Shown here one piece after another: positions 46,858-57,877 of a stretch of 64,000 nucleotides of DNA. The notes under the pieces were generated by a model. It was not told the origin of the DNA. It saw only the letters and a program-made list of their open reading frames with translations, and did no database searches. The stretch lies in the NCBI GenBank assembly GCA_937876465.1, contig CALEHV010000019.1, positions 24,077 through 88,076 of the forward strand, given 5' to 3'. The position numbers and the translations under genes are program-made. Numbering within the stretch: the stretch's first letter is position 1; every line of letters starts with the position of its first letter. The stretch is from an uncultured Bacillota bacterium (lineage in GTDB: Bacteria; Bacillota_I; Bacilli_A; RFN20; CAG-826).

Positions 46858-46870
46858 TTTTATATTCCTC

Positions 46871-47749
46871 CTATTTGTCTTTCCAATTTTCTTCATACTT
46901 GTTTTTAACAAGCATCTCAATTTCCTTCTTGTATGGAGGCTCTCCATCAATATAAGGAGTTTCGAGTATTTTTGGAATGTTAATTAATTTTGGATGATGG
47001 ACATATTGAACAAGTGTATCGAATCCGATTTCACCATATCCAATATTTTCATGTCTATCCTTATGTGAACCCAAAGGGTTCTTCGAATCGTTAAGATGAA
47101 TTACGAGTAATTTTTCAAGGCCAATTACTCTATCGAACTCTTCAATTACTTCATCTACTTTTGAAACGTCAATGCCGGAATCAGAAATGTGGCAGGTGTC
47201 TAAACAGACTCCAACTCTATCTTTGTATTTAACGTTTTCTAAGATGTGAGCTACTTGACTAAAGTCACTACACATTTCAGAACCCTTTCCAGCCATTGTT
47301 TCAAGAGCTATCTTAACATTTGTGCCATCACGACTCAAAACGTCATCTAAGGCCTCGATAATGGACTCAAATCCATTTTCTACTCCAGTACCAACATGGC
47401 TTCCTGGATGAAGAACAAGTATTTCTAGTCCAAACCCTGCAACACGGCGAATTTCTTTAATTAAGCTTTCTTTCGAAGTGTTGTAGAGATATTCGTTTTG
47501 TTTGTTAGCTATGTTTATAACATATTGAGCATGAACAATGATTTTCTTTTCATCAAGTCCAGCCTTTTTAATTAGTTCTCGTCCTTCCTCAATTCGAAGA
47601 GTTTCAAGAGGCTGTCTAAATGAATTTTGAGGTGCTCCTGTATAAAACATAAATGTGTTTGCGCCAAACGATAAAGCGTCTTCGACACTACCTAGATAAA
47701 ATCTAGGTTTACTCATAGAAACATGAGATCCAATGTAAATCTTTTCCAT
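46871..47749 (-). CDS. nfo: Endonuclease IV
   Basis: AP-endonuclease family 2 TIM barrel with His/Asp/Glu metal ligands. Confidence 0.9.
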   Translation of the reverse strand: MEKIYIGSHVSMSKPRFYLGSVEDALSFGANTFMFYTGAPQNSFRQPLETLRIEEGRELIKKAGLDEKKIIVHAQYVINIANKQNEYLYNTSKESLIKEIRRVAGFGLEILVLHPGSHVGTGVENGFESIIEALDDVLSRDGTNVKIALETMAGKGSEMCSDFSQVAHILENVKYKDRVGVCLDTCHISDSGIDVSKVDEVIEEFDRVIGLEKLLVIHLNDSKNPLGSHKDRHENIGYGEIGFDTLVQYVHHPKLINIPKILETPYIDGEPPYKKEIEMLVKNKYEENWKDK

Positions 47750-49104
47750 TAGTATTCCCTACTTTCTTTTTTGTAACGTTCAACTCTTTGACGACGAATG
47801 TCTTTTTTAATAATTTCGCGTTTATGTTTTTGCTTTGCTTTAGCAACAGCGAGTTTTTCTTTCTTTTTATAACCAGGTTTAACTTTTTTATTTCGTTTTG
47901 CAAGGTTATGAATCTTTCGAATCTCTTTATTCAAGTCTTCATCAAGATGTTTTTTTGTTGGATGTGATTTTTCAATCTCCTTCCCTTCAACAAGTTCGTT
48001 ACCTTTTAAAACCAAGTAGTTGAATTTAATTCCATCGTTGATAAGGGCAAGAGGCTTCTTTGTTGAGTCGTTGTTATAGAAACTATAACAGTTTCCTTTT
48101 TTGTCAAATCGACCAGTACGTCCTGCTCTATGATAATAGAATTCAAGATTGTTCGGTAAGTCTACATTTAAGACATCAGTTACATCTGGAATATCTAGAC
48201 CTCGTGCAGCCATATCTGAGCAAACAAGAATATAAACATCGTCATTAAGAACTGCTTTCATCGCATTCTTTCTCTCTCTACTAGTAAGATCACCAGTTAG
48301 AAGACCTACTTTATATTTTTTACCTCTTAGGTAAGCATATACTGAATTTGCAGTTTCTTTCTTTGATGCAAATATGATTAAGAGATAAGGATTTTTTAAT
48401 TTAATAAACTTCTCAACACATTCGTTTAGTTCTTCATGCTTAATATCAATTAAGTAATGAGAAACGTTACTGCTCGTCATTACTTCCTCATTTACAATTG
48501 GAGTGTTTGGTCCAACATATTTTTCTAATGCATGAGCTAAGTTAACTTCAAGAGTTGCTGAGAATACTAAGTATTGAGGATTTTTAAGTGTTAATGCAAA
48601 TGTGTCAATTGCATCGAAATATCCTTCAGCAAGCAACATGTCTGCTTCATCAAAAACAATAGTTTTTACATCATTTAGACTTAAAGCATGTTCCTTGACT
48701 AAGACATCTGATAAACGTCCAGGTGTTCCAATAATAATATGTGGAGCAATTCCAAGTCCTTTTGTTGAGTTGTTTAATTCTTCTCCTGCTTTCAATAAAC
48801 GAATTTTTAAAGTTGGGAATTCTTTACAGAAAGGAGTTGCCATATCAAAGATTTGTTGAGCAAGTTCTCTAGTAGGAGCAACAATAATTGCTTGAGTATT
48901 TTGATTTTCAAAATCAATCTTTTCAATAATTGGAATCAAAAAGCACAATGTTTTGCCGCTTCCAGTAGAAGATTGAACCATCAAAGTTTCTCCTTTAAGA
49001 GCTTTCGGAATGCATCTTAATTGAATAGAAGATGGGTTTACATATTTCTGACGATTCAACGATTGAATCATCTTCTCTGATAAGTTAATTGCTTTAAACG
49101 ACAT
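47749..49104 (-). CDS. cshB: DEAD-box ATP-dependent RNA helicase (CshB-like)
   Basis: Q motif, Walker A SSTGSGKT, DEAD, SAT and HRAGRTGR. Sits next to nfo, as B. subtilis yqfR does. Confidence 0.85.
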   Translation of the reverse strand: MSFKAINLSEKMIQSLNRQKYVNPSSIQLRCIPKALKGETLMVQSSTGSGKTLCFLIPIIEKIDFENQNTQAIIVAPTRELAQQIFDMATPFCKEFPTLKIRLLKAGEELNNSTKGLGIAPHIIIGTPGRLSDVLVKEHALSLNDVKTIVFDEADMLLAEGYFDAIDTFALTLKNPQYLVFSATLEVNLAHALEKYVGPNTPIVNEEVMTSSNVSHYLIDIKHEELNECVEKFIKLKNPYLLIIFASKKETANSVYAYLRGKKYKVGLLTGDLTSRERKNAMKAVLNDDVYILVCSDMAARGLDIPDVTDVLNVDLPNNLEFYYHRAGRTGRFDKKGNCYSFYNNDSTKKPLALINDGIKFNYLVLKGNELVEGKEIEKSHPTKKHLDEDLNKEIRKIHNLAKRNKKVKPGYKKKEKLAVAKAKQKHKREIIKKDIRRQRVERYKKESREY

Positions 49105-49124
49105 TTAAGTTTCACCCGGGTTAA

Positions 49125-49151
49125 TTATACACGAAACTGTGTAAGCGTGTT
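49125..49151 (+). promoter_or_regulatory. TTATACACGA...GTGTAAGCGTGTTAT motif upstream of ispH
   Basis: Shares the exact 10-mer TTATACACGA and the AGCGTGTT(T)AT half-site with 7881-7900 upstream of secDF. Confidence 0.35.
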
Positions 49152-49162
49152 ATTATTATGCT

Positions 49163-50047
49163 ATGCAAATTGAAATTGTTGAACCTAGTGGCTATTGCGC
49201 AGGAGTTGCAAGAGCTGTGCAACTTGCAAAACAAACACGAGAGAAATTCCCTAATAATTCTATCGTCGTTTTAGGAATGTTAGTTCACAATCAAGACGCT
49301 TTAAAAGAACTAGATCAATTAAACATTAAAACGATGTATAATTCAAAATTATCTCTTTTAGAGATGGTTGATGAAATTCCGAATAATTCGATCGTTATTT
49401 TAACTGCTCATGGACACGATAAAAAGGTCGAACAAAAATTAAATGAAAAAGGCTTAAAATTTATCGACGCAACATGCTTTTATGTCACTCAATCTGATGA
49501 ATTGATTAGAAAAGCTATCAACGAAGGCAGAGATGTATTTTATTTAGGCAAAAAAGGACATCCGGAAGCAGAAGCAGCTCTTTCTATTTCTGAAAAAGTT
49601 CATTTAATTTCAAACGATCAAACTTTTGAACAATTACAAAATAATAAAATCCAAACTTCAAAACCTTTATTTGTATCACAAACAACCTTTTCTATAGAAG
49701 AAATGGACGCCGCAATTAAAAATTTATCCAAAATTTATAAAGACATTGAAATTGCAAAAGGTGTTTGTAACGCATCATCACTAAGACAAGAAGGCGTTAA
49801 GAAAATTAATAGCAATGTCGACATGATTATAGTTGTTGGGGGTCTAAATTCTAACAACACAAAGACAGTTGTTAAAGTAGCTAAAGAAGCTCACCCAAAC
49901 TGCAAAGTTATACAAGTTGAAAACACTAATGATATTAAAAAAGGTGACCTTGAAGGTCACCAATATATAGCAATCGCCTCTGGAGCATCCACTCCTAACT
50001 TCATAGTAGAAGAAGTTGCTAATAAAATTAAATTACTTTGTGATTAA
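49163..50047 (+). CDS. ispH: HMBPP reductase IspH (LytB)
   Basis: N-terminal GYCAGV with cluster Cys, 294 aa. Confidence 0.9.
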   Translation: MQIEIVEPSGYCAGVARAVQLAKQTREKFPNNSIVVLGMLVHNQDALKELDQLNIKTMYNSKLSLLEMVDEIPNNSIVILTAHGHDKKVEQKLNEKGLKFIDATCFYVTQSDELIRKAINEGRDVFYLGKKGHPEAEAALSISEKVHLISNDQTFEQLQNNKIQTSKPLFVSQTTFSIEEMDAAIKNLSKIYKDIEIAKGVCNASSLRQEGVKKINSNVDMIIVVGGLNSNNTKTVVKVAKEAHPNCKVIQVENTNDIKKGDLEGHQYIAIASGASTPNFIVEEVANKIKLLCD

Positions 50048-50809
50048 TTCAGGTAGATCCTCGTGGTTAACAATAATTGTTTCCAATGATGGATCTATTT
50101 CTTTTAAAATTTTTGACATTTGAGGCATGAAGATTCTTTCTACTTCATGTGAAACATCAAGGTAATTGAACTTTGCTGCAATAACATCGCGACGAATATG
50201 ATGAGGAGTATCACCACTAATATAAATGTCGTATCCTTCAAGCATTGCATTAACGTACTTATATGAACCACCCCCACCAATGATTGCGACTTTTTTAATC
50301 ATTTTCTTGCCACCAAAAACTAAGTGAGAGTAATCAAGATTTAACTTTTCGGTTGCATATTTTGCGAAATCATGGATTTCCATTGGCACCGCCAATTCTC
50401 CACCACGAGCCATAGGGCAAGTTTCTAATTGAACAATATTTTTTAATTCCATTGCTTCAGCTAATGCATCATTCATTCCATCTTTACCAGTATCGAAATT
50501 TGTGTGCATCGAATAAACAGGAATTCCTAACTTATCAATTTTCTCAACCAAATTACGTTTGATCTCATCACGTTTTAAAACACGATAACGTGTGCCATAA
50601 ATGAATGGGTGATGGGTTAAAATCATATCAGGTTTTTTAGCCATTTTTTCAATTTTATCGTAAACGATATCATCAAAATCTAAACATAAAAGAATAGTTT
50701 TAACTTCTTCTGGAAGTTTTCCTGTCATTAAACCAACATAGTCTCCATGGGATCTAATTGATTTTGGGAATCTTTTAGCTAAATTTCTTAATAATTTTAT
50801 TGTGTTCAT
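50033..50809 (-). CDS. Nif3-family metal-binding protein (YqfO)
   Basis: Nif3 fold with conserved His/Glu sites. Position downstream of trmK matches B. subtilis. Confidence 0.85.
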   Translation of the reverse strand: MNTIKLLRNLAKRFPKSIRSHGDYVGLMTGKLPEEVKTILLCLDFDDIVYDKIEKMAKKPDMILTHHPFIYGTRYRVLKRDEIKRNLVEKIDKLGIPVYSMHTNFDTGKDGMNDALAEAMELKNIVQLETCPMARGGELAVPMEIHDFAKYATEKLNLDYSHLVFGGKKMIKKVAIIGGGGSYKYVNAMLEGYDIYISGDTPHHIRRDVIAAKFNYLDVSHEVERIFMPQMSKILKEIDPSLETIIVNHEDLPELITK

Positions 50810-51459
50810 AGTGTTTCTAACCTCTCAATTTTTGATTGTAAATTTCTAATTCCTTCTGACTTCACAATTTTAGCTTTCATTTGAAAGATAAGTGTTTTGC
50901 CAAGTCTATTCAACTCTTGAGTTTTAAATTGATTAAACAAAGGGTCGTTACTGATGTTAACACCAAATTCATATTCGATGTCTTTATACTTTGTATAACC
51001 TTTTACAAAAGAAATTATAAAATAGTAAATTCCGTTTTCAAGAACAATTTGCTCTTTTTCAATTCTATAGCCTAGCTTAGTAACAGATCTTCTAACAAGT
51101 TCTGCATCTCTATGAGCATCCACAACAATTTGTTCAATTTGGTTTAATTTTTGAACATCCTTAGTGAGAATGTCCATTATCAAGTTGCCACCCATACCAG
51201 CGATTACAATAGTATTAATATCATCGCTCATTTCATCTAATCCGTCGCTTAAAGAAATTTGGACATCATAACCTTTTAGGTTATTAACTAAGATATTGTA
51301 TGGGCCTTCTTTGTTTTCAACCGCTAAAATTGAATCAACTTTTTTGTTATCGATTAAATATTTCTCTAAAAGACCATGATCAGCTCCCACATCAATGACG
51401 TGAGCGTGTTCATGAACAAAGTCGCCAATTGTTTTTAATCTTTCACTAATTTTTGCCAT
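50806..51459 (-). CDS. trmK: tRNA (adenine22-N1)-methyltransferase TrmK
   Basis: SAM-binding VIDVGADHG motif. Confidence 0.8.
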   Translation of the reverse strand: MAKISERLKTIGDFVHEHAHVIDVGADHGLLEKYLIDNKKVDSILAVENKEGPYNILVNNLKGYDVQISLSDGLDEMSDDINTIVIAGMGGNLIMDILTKDVQKLNQIEQIVVDAHRDAELVRRSVTKLGYRIEKEQIVLENGIYYFIISFVKGYTKYKDIEYEFGVNISNDPLFNQFKTQELNRLGKTLIFQMKAKIVKSEGIRNLQSKIERLETL

Positions 51460-52429
51460 AGTATTCCTTTGCTAATTGTTTAAATTTATTCGACACATTG
51501 TTCTTAATAATATTAACTCTTTGTCGAGACATTCCATATTGATGAGCAACAACTTCACCACTCATATCGAACAATTCACACTTTAAGAAAATGTCTAAAT
51601 CTCTTTCTGAAACTGTTTTTCTAAGTTCAGATTCAACTTTCTCAAAAATATACTTTGCGTTATAAGTGCTATTTAAGAAGTCTTCATCACTCTCGCTTGC
51701 TAATTTACTATCTATGAAAGTATCTTCGCTTTCAGAATTATAACTACTATCGATTTCTACTAATTCAACTTCTTTTTTAATATTTAAAAGTTCTTCAACT
51801 TCTTTCAATGTGAATTCTTTTGTAGAGTCCTTTGACTTGTTTAAGGAATCCAATATTTCGTTAGGGAAAGGGTTTCTCTCTAATTCATCGGATAATTTAT
51901 CGAAAATAACGCACATTTTGAAATAGTTATTTCTTTTCCTTTCAGGAATTTTAATTAAAAGTTTTTCGTTATGGGCGTATTTCTTAAGTTCAAAACAAAG
52001 ATTTTGATAAATTACAGTATCGATAGTTGCAAAACCGCTCTTCTCTTCTGGGCAATATCTAATCAAACAACTTTTAATCGCAAAATAAGCTGGGAAAATA
52101 AAATCGCTTTTATCCAACTCAGGATACATATTAGAAATTCCAATAATTTTTGGAATATATTTATAAATATAATGCATAAGAACTTTGCAGCCTAAAGTTC
52201 CATCTTCAAACAAAGCTTCTAATTCACTTGATAAAGTATTCTCGTCTTCACCTGCTTTTTTAGCATTTGTCTTAATTTTCTTAATTTTTTCGACATGTGA
52301 AGAACCGCTTTGCTTATTAACGACTTCCTTAACTTGTTTCAAAAAAGACTGAAATTCTTCTGTTGTTAAATCTTTGGCAAAACTTGCAGCCTTTTTCAAA
52401 AGTTCAAATTCGTTAAGTTCTAATGCCAT
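51446..52429 (-). CDS. Divergent sigma-70 family protein (putative alternative sigma factor)
   Basis: C-terminal region-4 HTH (VAHQYGMSRQRVNIIKNNV) and a region-2-like block (FAIKSCLIRYCPEEKSGFATIDTVIYQ). Own promoter TTGACA-18-TATATT-6-ATG. Start set at MALELNEF. Confidence 0.6.
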   Translation of the reverse strand: MALELNEFELLKKAASFAKDLTTEEFQSFLKQVKEVVNKQSGSSHVEKIKKIKTNAKKAGEDENTLSSELEALFEDGTLGCKVLMHYIYKYIPKIIGISNMYPELDKSDFIFPAYFAIKSCLIRYCPEEKSGFATIDTVIYQNLCFELKKYAHNEKLLIKIPERKRNNYFKMCVIFDKLSDELERNPFPNEILDSLNKSKDSTKEFTLKEVEELLNIKKEVELVEIDSSYNSESEDTFIDSKLASESDEDFLNSTYNAKYIFEKVESELRKTVSERDLDIFLKCELFDMSGEVVAHQYGMSRQRVNIIKNNVSNKFKQLAKEYYGKN

Positions 52430-52435
52430 ATATAA

Positions 52436-52465
52436 AATATACAAACTCTTCATCTTATTTGTCAA
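52436..52465 (-). promoter_or_regulatory. Promoter of the sigma-like gene
   Basis: On the minus strand: TTGACA, 18 nt spacer, TATATT, then 6 nt to the ATG. This implies a leaderless transcript. Confidence 0.45.
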
Positions 52466-52491
52466 ACCACTATCCCAAGAATGTTGACAAA

Positions 52492-52516
52492 AGAAAAAGG
52501 GTCACTTAGTGACCCA
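52492..52516 (-). terminator. Terminator downstream of rpoD
   Basis: GGGTCAC-TTAG-TGACCC perfect hairpin with an A5 run on the plus strand, which is a T-run on the minus strand. Confidence 0.6.
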
Positions 52517-52526
52517 ATTATTGACA

Positions 52527-53849
52527 TTATGATTGATAATCTTCTAAGCGTTTTAACTTAGTTGGTTTGCGCAATGTTTTAATTGCTTTAGCTTCAATTT
52601 GACGAATTCTTTCACGTGTAACGCCGAATTCTTTACCAACTTCTTCAAGTGTTCTTGGACGACCATCATTCAAGCCATATCTTAAGATAAGAACCTTCAT
52701 TTCACGTTCAGAGAGAGATTCTCTCATAACATTCATTAATTCTTCCTTAAGCATAATTTTGTTTGAATAATCACTTGGTGATAAAGATTCTTTATCTTCA
52801 ACGAAGTCTGATAATCTTGAATCATCTTCTTCACCGATTGGTGTCTCCAAAGAGACAGGTTCTTGATTGACACGTTGAATTTCGCGAATCTTTTCTGGAG
52901 AAAGTTGAGTGCCTAATTCTTTAAGCTTGTTACTAATTTCTTCAGCTGTAGGTTCTCTACCGTGTTCTTGAACTAAAGCACGTTGTGCTCTTGTAATTTT
53001 GTTGATTGTTTCAACCATGTGGACAGGGATACGGATTGTACGAGCTTGATCTGCGATAGCACGTGTGATTGCTTGACGAATCCACCATGTAGCATAAGTT
53101 GAAAACTTAAATCCTTTAGTATAATCAAATTTTTCAACAGCTTTGATAAGGCCCATATTACCTTCTTGAATCAAATCTAAGAATGGCATGCCACGACCTG
53201 TATAGCGTTTTGCGATTGAAATAACTAATCTAAGGTTGGCGCTAATTAATTGATTTTTAGCATCTTCATCACCTTCGATAATTTTCTTAGCTAATTCAGT
53301 TTCTTGTGTAGCGTTTAAAAGAGAGACTCTACCGATTTCTTTAAGATAAATCTTAACTGAGTCGTTAACCTTAACATCACTTGTAGCATACTTGCTCAAA
53401 TCATTAAGGTCAGAATCAGAAATCATTTCTTCGTTATCGATATATTTGTTTTCATCATCGTCATCATCTTCGTCATCTAAATCGTCGGACATAGAATCGG
53501 ATTCGCCAGTGAATTCTAAGTCATCAATTCCTTGTTCGTCTTGCTCGGAAATGACTTTGACACCATTATCAACAAAGTATTGTTGTAATTCTTCGATGTC
53601 TTTATCTTCTAATTCATATTTAGAGAAGGCATCATCAATTTCGCCTTGTTCAATTTCGTTGCCGTTTTCTTTTGCTCTCTTAACAAGTTCCCTACGGATA
53701 GCTTCAGCCATTTTGTCTGATAAAACACATCCAGAATCTTCTTCTTCGAGATCGAGTTCATCGGCATCATTGACCTTGGTTGCTTTCTTAACATCCTTTT
53801 TTGAGCCTGTTTTAGCCTTATTAGCGGCCTTTTTAGCTTTTTCTGCCAT
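52527..53849 (-). CDS. rpoD: RNA polymerase sigma factor SigA (RpoD)
   Basis: Acidic region 1, region 2 ([18 protein letters not shown]...[10 protein letters not shown]), and regions 3 and 4. Confidence 0.95.
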   Translation of the reverse strand: MAEKAKKAANKAKTGSKKDVKKATKVNDADELDLEEEDSGCVLSDKMAEAIRRELVKRAKENGNEIEQGEIDDAFSKYELEDKDIEELQQYFVDNGVKVISEQDEQGIDDLEFTGESDSMSDDLDDEDDDDDENKYIDNEEMISDSDLNDLSKYATSDVKVNDSVKIYLKEIGRVSLLNATQETELAKKIIEGDEDAKNQLISANLRLVISIAKRYTGRGMPFLDLIQEGNMGLIKAVEKFDYTKGFKFSTYATWWIRQAITRAIADQARTIRIPVHMVETINKITRAQRALVQEHGREPTAEEISNKLKELGTQLSPEKIREIQRVNQEPVSLETPIGEEDDSRLSDFVEDKESLSPSDYSNKIMLKEELMNVMRESLSEREMKVLILRYGLNDGRPRTLEEVGKEFGVTRERIRQIEAKAIKTLRKPTKLKRLEDYQS

Positions 53850-53867
53850 ATTCTATTACCCTTCTTT

Positions 53868-55688
53868 CTAGCGTTTCTTATCGTCGACGTTTGTATGAGC
53901 AATGTAATCATCTAATAAAAGAGCTTGCTCTTTAGCGTCTTTCCCCATGAACGCTTCCTTCATTATGTTCTTGTTTGTGAGTTTCTTTCTTTCAGAATTA
54001 ATAACCCTAGCGCAATCCTCTAAGTAAGGACCAATATCTTCGATAGGAATATCAATTTCTTCTAGAGAGCTTAACTCGCCTAATAAACTTTTCGCGTCTT
54101 GATCGTCTGCTTGTTGAATCGCGGTAATAACTGAAGACGCATCTACTTTCTTTCCGTCCTTTGATAACTGAAGAACATAGTCAGCTATCTTTTTATATAC
54201 AGGAATCGAGAAGAATCGAATATTCTTTGAATAGTATTCAACTGCTTCCGAATTAGTCACCATTAACTGGAGAATACTTCTTTCAGCAAGTAAGAGACGT
54301 TTCATTTCTCTTTTGAATCTACTCATATCTAAGTTTGAGTGTTCGTATGCTGGAAGGCTTTCTTGTTGTCTGTTGTCTGCCAAATTTGATTTTGTATCTT
54401 TGATAAACTCTTCAATAGCAGGAACAGAGAATCCGGTGATTTCAGATAATTTATTGACATAGTCAATTCTTTCGTATTTATCTTTAATTTTCGAAATAGA
54501 TGGAACTATTTTTCTTAAAAATTTAATTTTGTCTTCACGAGTTTCTAACCCTTGATATTTCTTATAGAAATTGATTGCAAATTCGAATGGTTCAACTAAT
54601 TTCGAAGCGAATTCTTTTAATTTTTCCGCACTCTCCTTATGGAGGATATCATCAGTATCCTTCATTTTTTCGTTTGGATCAGATACAACTCTATAAGGAA
54701 CACCCGCTTTCTTAAGCATTGGGCCAATTTCCAACATGGCTTTTTGTCCATGAATATCGTTATCTAGACAAAGTCTAACTTCGACATTTAATCTCTTGAG
54801 AATGTTTATTTGTTGTTCTGTTAAGGCTTTGCCCATTACAGCAACTACTGGAGCAATACCTGCCGCATCCATTGCTATAACATCCATAAATCCTTCCATT
54901 ACATAAATGTAACCATCATGTTTAGCAGCTTGTTTAGCGTTGTGCAAATTGTATAAGATAGTACTCTTTTTAAAGAGTTTAGTTTCCCCAGTATTAACAT
55001 ACTTAGGAGCTGTTTCATCTTCGTTAGTTAATTTTCTTGCAGAGAATCCAACAACTTGCCCTGATGAATTTTGAATAGGGAAGATTAATCTTCCGGAGTT
55101 AGAATCAGATGTATTTTCGTCTTTAGCTAATGCAATACCAATATCTTGAATATTCTTTAACGAATAACCTTTTTGTTTAAGATACTTAATTGCAAGTTTC
55201 CCATCTTTAAAGGCGTAACCAATTCCAAATTTTAAAATTTGGTCTTTAGTTAAACCTCTATTTGTAATGTAGTCTTTGCCTTCTTTTCCATCTGGAGAGT
55301 TTAATGCAGCAACATAGAACTTTTGTAAATCTGTAATACAGTTATAAAGTTTTTGTATATCTTCAGGGACTGCTTTAATCGTCTCGTTTTGATGTAGTCT
55401 AGGATCATCAAAATTAATGATTTCACAAACTCTTTTTACTGCTTCAGCAAAGCTGACTTTTTCATATTCTTTTACAAATTCGAATACATCCCCACCAGCA
55501 TTACATGCCCAGCAATGGTACGTTTTCTTTTCTCTATTGATTTGTAAAGATGGATCATGGTCATCGTGAAAAGGACAGACAGCTTGATATCTATTCCCTT
55601 TCTTAATTACATGAATAAAAGTTGAAATAACATCAACAATGTCTGCACGAGATTTGATTTCGTTTAATAATTCTTCGTCAAATATCAT
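53868..55688 (-). CDS. dnaG: DNA primase
   Basis: Zinc-ribbon CPFHDDHDPS, TOPRIM domain (EGFMD) and C-terminal helicase-interaction domain. Confidence 0.9.
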   Translation of the reverse strand: MIFDEELLNEIKSRADIVDVISTFIHVIKKGNRYQAVCPFHDDHDPSLQINREKKTYHCWACNAGGDVFEFVKEYEKVSFAEAVKRVCEIINFDDPRLHQNETIKAVPEDIQKLYNCITDLQKFYVAALNSPDGKEGKDYITNRGLTKDQILKFGIGYAFKDGKLAIKYLKQKGYSLKNIQDIGIALAKDENTSDSNSGRLIFPIQNSSGQVVGFSARKLTNEDETAPKYVNTGETKLFKKSTILYNLHNAKQAAKHDGYIYVMEGFMDVIAMDAAGIAPVVAVMGKALTEQQINILKRLNVEVRLCLDNDIHGQKAMLEIGPMLKKAGVPYRVVSDPNEKMKDTDDILHKESAEKLKEFASKLVEPFEFAINFYKKYQGLETREDKIKFLRKIVPSISKIKDKYERIDYVNKLSEITGFSVPAIEEFIKDTKSNLADNRQQESLPAYEHSNLDMSRFKREMKRLLLAERSILQLMVTNSEAVEYYSKNIRFFSIPVYKKIADYVLQLSKDGKKVDASSVITAIQQADDQDAKSLLGELSSLEEIDIPIEDIGPYLEDCARVINSERKKLTNKNIMKEAFMGKDAKEQALLLDDYIAHTNVDDKKR

Positions 55689-55711
55689 ACTAACAATTTA
55701 CTAAAAATATA

Positions 55712-57079
55712 CTAATTTTCGTATTTCTCTTCGAGATATGCTCTAAGTTTTTCAATAGGCATGCGTTCTTGTTTCATTGTATCGCGGTCTCTAACTGTAA
55801 CGCATTTATCGTTTGCAGTATCAAAGTCTACTGTAATACAGTAAGGTGTTCCGATAGCGTCTTGTCTACGATATCTCTTACCAATTGAAGCTGTTTCATC
55901 GTAAGTTACTGAAAAATGCTTATTAAGCATTACCAAGACTTCTTTTGCTTGATCGGCAAGTTGTTTGCTCAATGGCAAAACTGCAGCAAGATATGGAGCT
56001 AATCTTGGTTTAAAGTGCATTACAATACGTGAGTCGTTTTCTAATTGTTCGACATCATATGCTTCGCATGCAACCATTAAGAAGATTCTTTCTACACCCA
56101 TAGATGGTTCAATGCAGAATGGAACATACTTTTCATTTGTTTCTGGATCCAAGTATTCTAAAGATTCTTTACTTGCTTCCATATGACGTTTTAAGTCGTA
56201 ATCTGTTCTATCGGCTACACCGAGAATTTCGCCCCAACCAAATGGGAACTTGTATTCAACGTCTGTTGTAGCCTTAGAATAGAATGCTAATTCTTCAGGT
56301 TCGTGGTCTCTATAGCGGAGATTTTCTTGGCTAATATTTAAAGATTCAAGGAACTTTAATGCATAATCTTTCCAATAGGAAAACCATTCTAAATCTGTAT
56401 TTGGTTTGCAGAAGAATTCCATTTCCATTTGTTCAAATTCACGAACACGGAAAATGAAGTTACCCGGAGTAATTTCGTTTCTAAAGCTCTTACCAATATT
56501 ACAAATACCAAAAGGTATTTTTCTTCTTGTTGTTCTTTGGACGTTCTTGAAGTTAACAAACATTCCTTGAGCGGTTTCAGGTCTTAGATAAACTAAGCTT
56601 TCTGATTCTTCGGTAACGCCAATGTGTGTTCTAAACATTAAATTGAATTGACGAATATCTGTCCAATTTGATTTACCGCAGACAGGGCATTTAACGTTGT
56701 TATCTTTGATAAATTTAATCATGTTTTCTGGTTTCATACCATTAACATCAACTTCTGGATGTGTCTTTTCGATTAAATTATCAGCACGTTGACGGCTATG
56801 GCATTCTTTACAATCAATTAATGGATCTGAGAATGTTGCAACGTGTCCGGTAGCTTTCCATACGCCTGGATTCATCAAGATTGCTGCGTCAACACCAACA
56901 TTAGTTGGTGATTCGCGAACGAATTTTTCCCACCAGTATTTTTTAATGTTGTTTTTTAATTCAACACCGAGTGGACCAAAATCCCAGGAGTTACTTAAAC
57001 CACCATAGATCTCAGAATCTTGATACACGAATCCACTTGTAATCAAGTGATTTACTATTTCATCAAATTTCTTTTCCAT
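55712..57079 (-). CDS. glyQS: Glycyl-tRNA synthetase (single-chain class II form)
   Basis: Class II motifs and anticodon-binding domain, 455 aa. The 75 nt upstream gap is too short for a T-box. Confidence 0.9.
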   Translation of the reverse strand: MEKKFDEIVNHLITSGFVYQDSEIYGGLSNSWDFGPLGVELKNNIKKYWWEKFVRESPTNVGVDAAILMNPGVWKATGHVATFSDPLIDCKECHSRQRADNLIEKTHPEVDVNGMKPENMIKFIKDNNVKCPVCGKSNWTDIRQFNLMFRTHIGVTEESESLVYLRPETAQGMFVNFKNVQRTTRRKIPFGICNIGKSFRNEITPGNFIFRVREFEQMEMEFFCKPNTDLEWFSYWKDYALKFLESLNISQENLRYRDHEPEELAFYSKATTDVEYKFPFGWGEILGVADRTDYDLKRHMEASKESLEYLDPETNEKYVPFCIEPSMGVERIFLMVACEAYDVEQLENDSRIVMHFKPRLAPYLAAVLPLSKQLADQAKEVLVMLNKHFSVTYDETASIGKRYRRQDAIGTPYCITVDFDTANDKCVTVRDRDTMKQERMPIEKLRAYLEEKYEN

Positions 57080-57154
57080 TTTTATACCTCTTAAAAATAG
57101 TTATTAGGATTATGTGTTTGCGTTTTATTTTTGTCAACGACACAAAATCACTTT

Positions 57155-57877
57155 TTAAATTTTCGTTAACAGTTTTATTGATTTAAGCTCGGTTTCGGCC
57201 ACATTAATAGTGAAGGAAGCGAGCTCTTTTAGTAAATTAACACATTCATTTTTCTCAAAAGAAACTTCGCCAATGTGTTCGATATCAACTCTAAAAATAT
57301 ATCTTAATATCTTCATTTTGCGTGGCATGATTTCACCAGAGCCATTTAAACTGTTTAAACAATCGCTGCAGATAAATCCACCATTCTTATAAGAAACATT
57401 GACTAATGGGCTTATTTTGCCGCAAATAGAGCATTTGTCGACTTCTATTCCATAGCCGATATATTTTAAAACTTGTGCTAAATAAATTAATGCAGCTGAA
57501 AAAGGATCAAAACCTTCTTTTAAAACCTCAGCTATTTTTTCAAAAAGCGGGTAAACTTTAATTGCATCTTCATCGTGAACTAATAAATTAGTTACTTCAC
57601 TAATAAAATCGATCACTGATAGACCAGTTAAATTTTCTTTTAGTTCGCTGTATGCTTCTATCAAAGTTCCTTGTCTTAAAAAATATCCATCTTTGCCTTT
57701 GAATAGACAAAATCTTGATTTAACAAATTGAGAAACTGAAGAAGCGTTTTTAGATTCAAATTTCAAAACTCCCTTAGCTAAAAAAGAACGAAAGCCATCT
57801 TTTAAGATGGCATTAATCATTACGTCGTTTTCTCTAAAGGGTGTAACTCGAACTACAAATCCTTCAAATTCAATCAT
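57155..57877 (-). CDS. recO: DNA repair protein RecO
   Basis: OB-fold N-terminus and Cys4 zinc motif (CSICG...CSDC). Confidence 0.85.
   Translation of the reverse strand: MIEFEGFVVRVTPFRENDVMINAILKDGFRSFLAKGVLKFESKNASSVSQFVKSRFCLFKGKDGYFLRQGTLIEAYSELKENLTGLSVIDFISEVTNLLVHDEDAIKVYPLFEKIAEVLKEGFDPFSAALIYLAQVLKYIGYGIEVDKCSICGKISPLVNVSYKNGGFICSDCLNSLNGSGEIMPRKMKILRYIFRVDIEHIGEVSFEKNECVNLLKELASFTINVAETELKSIKLLTKI

Noticed and set aside
53392-53911. Two ORFs (159 aa plus-strand, 100 aa minus-strand) inside rpoD
   Set aside because: They are antisense or out of frame to the strongly conserved sigA gene and are low-complexity Ser-rich translations of the acidic region-1 repeat.
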